Part shown: in pieces, positions 1 to 7,376 of the stretch
How the letters are laid out: each line of letters begins with the position of its first letter
Position numbering within the stretch: position 1 is the stretch's first letter
Virus record (IMG/VR): IMGVR_UViG_3300034010_000197
Direction: 5' to 3' (one strand)
DNA from: a virus
DNA: 39,675 bases
Notes under the pieces: model-generated
What the model saw: only the letters and a program-made list of their open reading frames with translations
Told to the model about the DNA's origin: nothing
Databases searched by the model: none
Program-made: the position numbers and the translations under genes

Positions 1-141
1 CTTCTGTATCAACGAGATGATCTTTAGAGCGCTACAGTGTCAGAAGAATAGACCGCAGTACGCCTATGTTGCCCCAGAGAAAGCACAAGCTAAGAAGATT
101 GTATGGGGTATAATGAAGGACAACACAGGCTTCCTGCCTGA
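1..141. repeat. 141-bp terminal overlap, exact copy of 39535..39675 (circular-contig closure rather than a biological repeat)
   Basis: cttctgtatcaacgag...ggcttcctgcctga occurs identically at both window ends. It lies inside the terminase ORF and joins it in frame. Confidence 0.95.
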
Positions 142-1198
142 CGTGAAGTATAATGAGGCCGAGTTAAAGGTAGAGTTCACTACAGCTGGTGGTACGAAAT
201 GTACTATCTATGTTGAGGGCGCGGATGACCCAGCGCGTCTGCGTGGGATGTACTTTGATGGAGTTGTACTGGATGAGGTTGCACAGATGCCCGAAGAGAT
301 TTGGGATAAGGTATTGATGCCAGCCCTAACCGATAGAGATGGATGGGCAATATTCATTGGTACACCAGAAGGGAAGAATCTATTATATAGGCTGTACCAG
401 AGAGGCCTTAAAGAGGATGCTCGAAACTGGTATTCACATTTATTCAAAGCCAGTGAAACTGGCATATTCACTCACGAACAACTAAAAGACTTTAGAGACG
501 AGATAGGTGATGAGGCATATAACCAAGAGTATGAATGTTCTTTTGATGCGGCAGTTAAAGGTACATATTATGGTAAGAACTTGGCCATGCTCAAGGAGCA
601 GGGCTTTGTAGGTAATTACCCATGGGACCCTTCCCTACCTGTATTTACTGCTTGGGATATCGGTGGTAATGATCCTACTGCTATCTGGTTCGCGCAGCAA
701 GAAGGTGATATTGTACGTATTATAGATTTCTATCAAGGACAAGGTCCCGATGTATCATACTACATTAATATAGTATTAGCTAAGCCATATAAATATAAGA
801 AGCATATATTCCCTCATGATATGCACCAGAATCACTGGGGACAGGGTAAGACTAGGTTGGAGCAGGTAAGGGGTGGTTTAGGTACGCACCATATCCAGGT
901 GCTCAAGAGAACGCCAGTAATCGATGGTATAACTGCAGTTAGATCTTTGCTACCTAGATGTAGGTTTAATGCACCAGTAGTTGATACAGGACTTGATGCA
1001 CTATTCTTATACAGATCTGACTATAACTCTACGACTGGTGTATATAATCAGCAGCCTAAGCACGACTGGACGTCTCACGCAGCGGATAGCTTTAGGTATC
1101 TTGCATTAGGGTTACGAGAATTGCCTAAAGATCTATTCGATGAATTTGGTGTTAGTAAGCAATATTCTTCGTATGACGACTATAATCCGCTTGACTAA
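1..1198 (+). CDS. terL: Terminase large subunit, remainder of the ORF (frame 2, open at the window start)
   Basis: Walker B-like GVVLDEV. RNase H-like nuclease motif FTAWDIGGNDPTAIWF with later HD and D residues. Size and position are typical of terL. Confidence 0.9.
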   Translation, partial: FCINEMIFRALQCQKNRPQYAYVAPEKAQAKKIVWGIMKDNTGFLPDVKYNEAELKVEFTTAGGTKCTIYVEGADDPARLRGMYFDGVVLDEVAQMPEEIWDKVLMPALTDRDGWAIFIGTPEGKNLLYRLYQRGLKEDARNWYSHLFKASETGIFTHEQLKDFRDEIGDEAYNQEYECSFDAAVKGTYYGKNLAMLKEQGFVGNYPWDPSLPVFTAWDIGGNDPTAIWFAQQEGDIVRIIDFYQGQGPDVSYYINIVLAKPYKYKKHIFPHDMHQNHWGQGKTRLEQVRGGLGTHHIQVLKRTPVIDGITAVRSLLPRCRFNAPVVDTGLDALFLYRSDYNSTTGVYNQQPKHDWTSHAADSFRYLALGLRELPKDLFDEFGVSKQYSSYDDYNPLD

Positions 1199-1251
1199 GT
1201 TGCGTAATTTATGGTATATTAGGTAGTCTTTTTATTTCACAGGGTTATCAT

Positions 1252-1590
1252 ATGGGAGCTCTTACAGCATTATTTAGTTCTATTGGCGGTGCCGCAGGCG
1301 GACTATCTGGATTAGGTAGCATAATATCCGCAGCATCATCGTTCATAGGTAGCGGAAACGATAGGGAAGTGTCTATGCCAAATCAAGTCAGCATGGCTCC
1401 AGCTACAGATGCACCAACCGTACCAGCAGAACCAGCTCAAGTAATGACGGCTGAAGAATCAATCCAAGCACAAGATGAGGATAAACGTCGTCGTCTATTA
1501 GCACAACAAAAAACCAATTCAAAATCCAATACATTAGCTGGTAATATACAAGAGCAGCCTAAGACTGGATCTACATTACTAGGAGGCTAA
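1252..1590 (+). CDS. Small low-complexity virion/ejection-type protein, TLLGG-tail paralogue 1
   Basis: 112 aa. The N-terminus is Gly-zipper-like and hydrophobic (MGALTALFSSIGGAAGGLSGLGSIISAASSFIGSG). It has an Ala/Pro/Gln linker, a KRRR patch, and ends GSTLLGG. It lies between terL and the portal, as T7 genes 6.7/7.3 lie before gene 8. Confidence 0.6.
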   Translation: MGALTALFSSIGGAAGGLSGLGSIISAASSFIGSGNDREVSMPNQVSMAPATDAPTVPAEPAQVMTAEESIQAQDEDKRRRLLAQQKTNSKSNTLAGNIQEQPKTGSTLLGG

Positions 1591-1591
1591 T

Positions 1592-2209
1592 ATGGGAGCA
1601 CCAGGAGGCGGTGGAGGTGGTAGCGGCTTTGATTACACCATGGGTGGTAGAAGTTACACTGATGACGATAATAGAGCTGTTGTAGGCTATCTAAACGAAA
1701 AAGATGCTATGACTGGACCTTATAACATGTCCAATAATTCTGCCCCTATATTCCAAAGTATGGCAGATTATAAAAAAAACTCACGTATAGTAGATGATAC
1801 TATACGAACAGGTGGTTACGACGCGTTAAAGAATTTAGTTAATAAAGATCCATATGCGTATTATGATATTTCTAAAACGATCTTATTAGGATATACCTCA
1901 CCAGAATCGCACCAGAGTTATAAAAATTTATATTCAAACCTCGGTGATCTTAATAGAGAAACTGCCTTTGGTCAGGACTCAATATTTAGTAATTTCAGTG
2001 CTGCCCGCGACGCATCACAAAAACCAGCGGCATCTAGTAGCGCACCTAGTGGCACAGGTCCAGCAGTACCAGCGCCTAGACAAACAGGTGGTTTAGATAC
2101 TCCTGAGGCCCTACTAACGGATTCGCAGAAAGAAGAACGTAGAAGAAAAGAATTAACGCCAGATTCTGGCAATCTATTATTAGGAACAACTACATTATTA
2201 GGAGGATAA
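1592..2209 (+). CDS. Small low-complexity virion/ejection-type protein, TLLGG-tail paralogue 2
   Basis: 205 aa. Starts MGAPGGGGGGSG, has an ERRRKE patch, and ends GNLLLGTTTLLGG. The ATG is 1 nt after the upstream stop, with AGGAGG 5 nt upstream. Confidence 0.6.
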   Translation: MGAPGGGGGGSGFDYTMGGRSYTDDDNRAVVGYLNEKDAMTGPYNMSNNSAPIFQSMADYKKNSRIVDDTIRTGGYDALKNLVNKDPYAYYDISKTILLGYTSPESHQSYKNLYSNLGDLNRETAFGQDSIFSNFSAARDASQKPAASSSAPSGTGPAVPAPRQTGGLDTPEALLTDSQKEERRRKELTPDSGNLLLGTTTLLGG

Positions 2210-2210
2210 T

Positions 2211-2441
2211 ATGGGTGGTTTATTTTCAATGTTTGGTGGCGGAGAGCAGGAATCAGCCCCAGTATATCAACAAGCTCCGGCAGCAGCTGCACCAGCGCCT
2301 GTACAAGCAGCGGCAGTTCAAACTAATAATGTGGATACTCCAGTAGGCGGAGAGGATGCATTAAAGAAAAAGAAAAGGGTTGCCGTACCAGCAGGTAGCA
2401 CGACTCTTACAGAAGGCTCTACAACGCTATTAGGAGCATAA
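2211..2441 (+). CDS. Small low-complexity virion/ejection-type protein, TLLGA-tail paralogue 3
   Basis: 76 aa. Starts MGGLFSMFGGG, has an Ala/Pro-rich middle and a KKKKR patch, and ends GSTTLTEGSTTLLGA. The ATG is 1 nt after the upstream stop, with an AGGAGGA SD. Confidence 0.6.
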   Translation: MGGLFSMFGGGEQESAPVYQQAPAAAAPAPVQAAAVQTNNVDTPVGGEDALKKKKRVAVPAGSTTLTEGSTTLLGA

Positions 2442-2443
2442 CG

Positions 2444-4033
2444 ATGGATGAAAATCATAAATTAATAGGACAGTTTGTTGCCAGGTTTGACAAGCTTAAA
2501 TCCGAGAGGGCTACCATTGAAAATACATGGCAAGAGATTGCAGACAACTGCGTATCTAATGGCGCCGACTTTACTAGTACAAGAAGCGCTGGGGATAACT
2601 CAAGAACCAGACGTATATTTGACATAACCGTAATACAAGCAATTGACTATCTTGTATCAGCATTACATAGCGGCTTAACCAACCCATCTACAAAATGGTT
2701 TGAATTAAGAATGAAGGATAGTGTTCTAAGCCAAGATCCGGAGATCGCAGCATTCCTAACTAAGGCTAGGGACTATATGCTAGATTGTTTTAATAGCTCA
2801 TCATCTGCATTCCCTGGCCAGAATCACGAAGTATTGCTATCTTTAGTTCAGTATGGACCAGGATGTCTACTTGTCGAAGATAACGTTGAAAAGGGCATTA
2901 GATTCTCAGCAATACACATTTCAGAAGTATACATAGCTCAAAATGCATTCGGCATTGTAGATACCGTATATAGAAAGTTTCAAATGACTGCTCGCCAAAT
3001 GGTACAAAGATGGGGCGATGCTGTGCATAGATCTGTTCAGGATGCCTATAAAAAGAATCCCGATACCAAGTTTGAAGTATTACACGTAGTAGAACCTAAG
3101 TCTGATAAATATCAGCCTAAGAATAAACTACATAATTTTGTGAGCTATCACATCGATATAACTAATAAAAGCTTAATATCTGTTGGCGGTTACTTTGAAA
3201 GCCCATATATTATAGCTAGATTTAGTAAGTTCTCCTCCGAGGATTATGGGAGGTCTCCAACCTGGCAGACCCTACCGACAGTCAAACTTGTAAACAGAAT
3301 GACCGAAACCATAATCAAGTCCGCTCAGCTACAGGTATCCCCTCCTTTACTACTAGCTGATGACGGAGTTATGATGCCAGTTCAGGCCAAACCAAATGGC
3401 GTCATATATGGCGGTATATCAATGGATGGTACGGCGCGAGTACAACCGCTCAACGTCGGAGGAAACCTAAACATCGGTGCTGAAATGCTTGGTCAATTCC
3501 AAAAGCAGATTAGGGACTCATTCTTTGTTGATCAATTAGTATTTAGGGATGGTCCTATGATGACCGCTACCGAAGTAATACAGCGCCAACAAGAAGCATT
3601 GAAATTGTTAGGTCCAGTAATTGGAAGGCTACAAACTGAATACTTAACTCCATTAATTGCTAAGATATTTTCTATATATGCGCGTAGTGGTAAGTTAGGC
3701 AGGATTCCACAAAAAGTTCTTGAGAATGAGTATGAGATTGAATACGTAGGTCCAGTACCTATGTTACAGAAGCAGCAAGAATCTGCTCAGTTCAATCAGT
3801 TCATAGGTGCGGCAAGCTCTTTGATACAACTTAACCCAAGTACCTTAGATAACTTTGACTTAGACGTTGCAGCCCGTAAGATGGCTGATAGCTTGGCTAT
3901 ATGGAAAGATGTTGTACGTCCAGTTGAAGATGTAGCTAAGATTAGGGAAGCTCAGGCACAAGCTCAACAAGCTCAAATGGCTATGCAATCAGCTGAACAA
4001 GCTGCTACTATTAACTCAATCATGAATAAGTAG
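2444..4033 (+). CDS. Portal (head-to-tail connector) protein, T7 gp8-like
   Basis: 529 aa. N-terminal pattern RATIENTWQEIADNC...FDITVIQAIDYLVSALHSGLTNPSTKWFEL resembles T7-type connector proteins. Gln/Ala-rich C-terminus. Positioned before the scaffold and capsid genes. Confidence 0.8.
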   Translation: MDENHKLIGQFVARFDKLKSERATIENTWQEIADNCVSNGADFTSTRSAGDNSRTRRIFDITVIQAIDYLVSALHSGLTNPSTKWFELRMKDSVLSQDPEIAAFLTKARDYMLDCFNSSSSAFPGQNHEVLLSLVQYGPGCLLVEDNVEKGIRFSAIHISEVYIAQNAFGIVDTVYRKFQMTARQMVQRWGDAVHRSVQDAYKKNPDTKFEVLHVVEPKSDKYQPKNKLHNFVSYHIDITNKSLISVGGYFESPYIIARFSKFSSEDYGRSPTWQTLPTVKLVNRMTETIIKSAQLQVSPPLLLADDGVMMPVQAKPNGVIYGGISMDGTARVQPLNVGGNLNIGAEMLGQFQKQIRDSFFVDQLVFRDGPMMTATEVIQRQQEALKLLGPVIGRLQTEYLTPLIAKIFSIYARSGKLGRIPQKVLENEYEIEYVGPVPMLQKQQESAQFNQFIGAASSLIQLNPSTLDNFDLDVAARKMADSLAIWKDVVRPVEDVAKIREAQAQAQQAQMAMQSAEQAATINSIMNK

Positions 4034-4040
4034 GTAATAG

Positions 4041-4340
4041 ATGTTAGATAGAATTAGGAATATATTTAATTTATCAAAGCCTAAATCAAGTAATATTGAG
4101 CTGGCTAAGGCCTATCAAGATGTATTGGCAACTGAATCTGGTAAGAAGGTCTTGACCGACCTCCTAAAATTTAGTAAAATATATGACTCAACGTTTGTAC
4201 CAAGCGATTCACATACAACTGCCTTTTACGAAGGTATGCGTAGAGTAGGCTTAAGAATAGCTTCGTTGATAAACGTAGACGTTAATGATAAACAAAACCA
4301 CGGGGAAATAAATGATGGATTCGAATCAAACGATCTCTAA
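4041..4340 (+). CDS. Hypothetical head-module protein
   Basis: 99-aa ORF between the portal and scaffold genes. It overlaps the scaffold start by 29 nt. I recognised no motif. Confidence 0.5.
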   Translation: MLDRIRNIFNLSKPKSSNIELAKAYQDVLATESGKKVLTDLLKFSKIYDSTFVPSDSHTTAFYEGMRRVGLRIASLINVDVNDKQNHGEINDGFESNDL

Positions 4341-5187
4341 TACTGAGACAACCGTTTCTGAAGCGATAGTAACTAATACCGTAGCTCCTGAAGCACCAGC
4401 TGTTGCACAAAATGCAACAGTTCAAGCACAACAAGTAACACCAGATGTAGGAGCGCCAAGTCTATTTGATTCATTAAGCGATGAGTTAAAACAGTTTGCA
4501 AACCTAAAAAATTTCAAGGATGTAAACGAGCTTGCTAAAAGCTATATGCACGCACAATCCTTAATAGGTAAGAGAATTCAGGAGTTATCTCCAGAAGATA
4601 TAAAACATATTAACTTCCTTAAGGGTGCACCAAAGAGTCATGAAGAGTACGCACTACCAGCAGAGCTTCCTAATGATGTTGTTGATTGGTACAAGAAAAC
4701 CGCACATGATGCAGGATTAAGCCAAGAGCAGGCCAAGAAAGTAGTTGACAAATATATCGAATTAAATAGAGACTTTGCAGCTAAGCAAGAAGAGCAGATG
4801 AAAATCCAAACTACTAACTGGGCTAATGAATTAAAGGCTGAGTTTGGTAATGCATTTGATAACAGGATACAGGTTGCTAAACGTGCCGTAGAAAATTTCG
4901 GTGGTCAGGAATTAAAAGATATCCTTAATCAAACAGGTTTAGGAAGTCATCCAGTAGTAGTAAAAATGTTTGCTAAGATTGGTGAAAGCTTACTAGAAGA
5001 TAGTCTAATTCAAAGTGATTATGAGAAAGTTATAGGGTTAACTCCAGCTGATGCTAAAAATACTTTGAATACTAAACTATTAGATAACGATTTTAGAGGT
5101 GCTTTGTACTCCGCTACACATCCAGCTCACAAGGCTGCAGTAGCAGAATATGAAAGATTATTGAGTGCGATGCATCCCAAAGGATAA
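4312..5187 (+). CDS. Scaffolding protein (T7 gp9-like by position and composition)
   Basis: 291 aa, acidic, helix-rich and Lys/Glu/Ala/Gln-rich, directly upstream of the capsid gene. GGGGA SD before the ATG at 4312. Confidence 0.65.
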   Translation: MMDSNQTISNTETTVSEAIVTNTVAPEAPAVAQNATVQAQQVTPDVGAPSLFDSLSDELKQFANLKNFKDVNELAKSYMHAQSLIGKRIQELSPEDIKHINFLKGAPKSHEEYALPAELPNDVVDWYKKTAHDAGLSQEQAKKVVDKYIELNRDFAAKQEEQMKIQTTNWANELKAEFGNAFDNRIQVAKRAVENFGGQELKDILNQTGLGSHPVVVKMFAKIGESLLEDSLIQSDYEKVIGLTPADAKNTLNTKLLDNDFRGALYSATHPAHKAAVAEYERLLSAMHPKG

Positions 5188-5305
5188 GCCGTGGTAGGCC
5201 CCTGTATAATAACTCGCTAGTGGCGTAACCACAGAATAGCCCCAGAAATGGACAAGCGGTTTCGAAAACAAAAAACAACTTTAATTAATTTAAAACGAGG
5301 AAAAT

Positions 5306-6172
5306 ATGTCTTATACTATGGACTCAATCTTTGTAAATGCTTATAATGCGATGTTGCATCATTTGTCTGAACAAAGAGGATCAAAACTAAAAGGCCTCTT
5401 CCAAGAGGAACAAGCAAAGGGTGAAAAACACTTCTTTGATAGAGTCGGTGCGTTCTCCGTATCCGAAATCAACAGCTTGGCATCGCCCGTTCTATTACAG
5501 GACAGCTCTATGTCAAGACGTATGGCTACCTTAAAAGCTTACGACGCCGCTACATTAATACACGATGTCGAAAAGATGAAAATGTTGGTAGACCCTACAA
5601 ACGACTACGTTGTTAAAATGATGAATGCTCATGGTAAAAACTATGACTTAGCATTGATCAATGCCTTGATTGGTACAGCAGCTACAGGTAAAGAAGGCGC
5701 AGGCTCACAAGCTTTCGACTCAAACCAACAAATAGCTCATGGATCTACAGGCCTAACAGTAGCTAAACTTCTACAAGGCTTACGGATATTGGAAAGCAAT
5801 GATGTAGACATGGATTCTAATAATGTTTATTTATTAGTTAACGCTCGTGGTCGCGAAGACTTACTTGCTGATTCAAACTTTACTTCACATGACTTCCAAA
5901 ACGTTAAGGCTTTGGCAGGTAGAGAGTTACCTTCTTTCAGAGGTATACAATTAGTACACACTGAAAGATTACCAGCTCACACAGCCGGCTCAGTATACAG
6001 AGCAATCCTCTGCACTGATAACGCTCTTAAAGTTGCTAAAGGCATGGATCCAGTTGTTGATATCTCTCAACGTAAAGATATCCAAGATCTACCATTCCAA
6101 ATCTATACAAAACAAGCATTCGGTGCTGTACGTATGGAAGAAGGTCTAGTAGTTGACATCTTGTTCCAATAA
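5306..6172 (+). CDS. Major capsid protein, T7 gp10-like
   Basis: 288 aa. Colinear by eye with T7 gp10 (G-E-K..F...G; TLKAYDAATLIHDVEKMKM...DLALINALIG; C-terminal FQIYTKQAFGAVRMEEGLVV). GAGGA SD. A 118-nt untranslated leader precedes it. Confidence 0.8.
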   Translation: MSYTMDSIFVNAYNAMLHHLSEQRGSKLKGLFQEEQAKGEKHFFDRVGAFSVSEINSLASPVLLQDSSMSRRMATLKAYDAATLIHDVEKMKMLVDPTNDYVVKMMNAHGKNYDLALINALIGTAATGKEGAGSQAFDSNQQIAHGSTGLTVAKLLQGLRILESNDVDMDSNNVYLLVNARGREDLLADSNFTSHDFQNVKALAGRELPSFRGIQLVHTERLPAHTAGSVYRAILCTDNALKVAKGMDPVVDISQRKDIQDLPFQIYTKQAFGAVRMEEGLVVDILFQ

Positions 6173-6199
6173 TAACAATTAAAATAGGAGTAATTAACT

Positions 6200-6727
6200 A
6201 TGCCAATCGGAACAGTTAAATCAGTAAACGTAACAAACATAGAAGCCAGTCCAACTAGTTTGTTGTGGAAGAAAAAAGGTGAAGTTAAGCTTATAGATAG
6301 AATATCTTTAGCTACCACCGCAATGGACGACGTGGGCGATATAATATTGATGGGCCCAGTAAGATCTGATGCTATCCTAGTAGAACTAGCGTTCTATAAC
6401 GATGCATTGGCAGCTTCTGGTCTAGCATATAATATCGGTCTATACTACTCAGGTATAGGTGGAAACCAAGCAGAACTTGGTAGAACATCTGGAACTGTAA
6501 TAGACGCAGACTGCATAGGAACCGCAGTAGCCTTCAGCACCGCACGTGTTGTACCAGGCTTTGTAGGTTTCGAAGCACGCGACATTGTTGACATAACAAA
6601 AGAGTTATGGGAAGTTGGTGGACTAGCATCTGATCCAGGTGGACTATTCTACATCGGCTTGACATGCTCTACCGTAGCTACTACACCAGCTGCTGGAGAC
6701 ATTGTTATGGTGGCTGAAACACTATAA
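6200..6727 (+). CDS. Hypothetical head protein (possible decoration or minor capsid protein)
   Basis: 175-aa ORF with a GGAG SD, immediately after the capsid gene and before a GC-rich hairpin. The function is inferred from position only. Confidence 0.4.
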   Translation: MPIGTVKSVNVTNIEASPTSLLWKKKGEVKLIDRISLATTAMDDVGDIILMGPVRSDAILVELAFYNDALAASGLAYNIGLYYSGIGGNQAELGRTSGTVIDADCIGTAVAFSTARVVPGFVGFEARDIVDITKELWEVGGLASDPGGLFYIGLTCSTVATTPAAGDIVMVAETL

Positions 6728-6735
6728 GTAATATT

Positions 6736-6765
6736 GGGGGACTGCCGGATTGTACTGGTGTCCCC
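6736..6765 (+). terminator. GC-rich hairpin after the head genes (attenuating terminator or RNA stabiliser)
   Basis: GGGGAC (6737-42) pairs with GTCCCC (6760-65), and an inner CCGG/CTGG helix is possible. The downstream T-tract is only weak (tatatacattt). A second AT-rich 9-bp inverted repeat, ATTTAAGTA-N9-TACTTAAAT, follows. Confidence 0.4.
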
Positions 6766-6818
6766 TATATACATTTAAGTATGTAAACTGTACTTAAATC
6801 TATATAATAAAGGTAAAC

Positions 6819-7373
6819 ATGGCATCAGTAACACAAATATGTAATAGGGCTTTAATAAGACTTGGAGCCAGTACAATCACAGATATAACAGAGAACTCTA
6901 AGGAAGCGCGTTTATGTAACATTATTTATGATCAGGTTCGTCAAGAACTTTTAAGATCACACCCCTGGAATTTTGCAATACGTAGAGCAACCCTAGCTTC
7001 CGATACAGAATATCCACCATTTGAATTTTCATACCAATATAGTTTACCATCAGATTGCTTACGTGTATTATCTATGGTTGATAGCGCAGAAAACTATAAA
7101 TTAGAAAATAATAAAATACTAACCAACGAAGCAGTAGTAGACATTCTTTATATAGGCGATGTTGAGGATCCAACTCAATTCGATTCCCTGTTTAATACAT
7201 TATTAGTATTGCGTATAGCTATGGAATTAAGCTATAATATTACCGGAGCTACCTTTGTATACTCAGCTATTCAATCTGAATTTAACCAGGTTAGACGAGA
7301 AGCTAAGCTATATGACGCACAAGAGGGTACACCATTAGATTTTGGAGATGGCGACTGGTTAGGGAGTAGGTAA
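6819..7373 (+). CDS. Tail tubular protein A / adaptor-gatekeeper, T7 gp11-like
   Basis: 184 aa. ICNRALIRLGASTI...ARLCNIIYDQVRQELLRSHPWNFA matches the gp11 N-terminal pattern (N..L..iG....a......y.....lL....W.F). Size and synteny fit. Confidence 0.7.
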   Translation: MASVTQICNRALIRLGASTITDITENSKEARLCNIIYDQVRQELLRSHPWNFAIRRATLASDTEYPPFEFSYQYSLPSDCLRVLSMVDSAENYKLENNKILTNEAVVDILYIGDVEDPTQFDSLFNTLLVLRIAMELSYNITGATFVYSAIQSEFNQVRREAKLYDAQEGTPLDFGDGDWLGSR

Positions 7374-7376
7374 ATA

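Noticed and set aside
5207-5212. TATAAT hexamer in the 118-nt leader before the capsid gene, as a possible promoter
   Set aside because: There is no acceptable -35 at 16-18 nt, and the adjacent TG is mis-spaced for an extended -10. A gene-internal boost promoter cannot be excluded, but the sequence does not support one.
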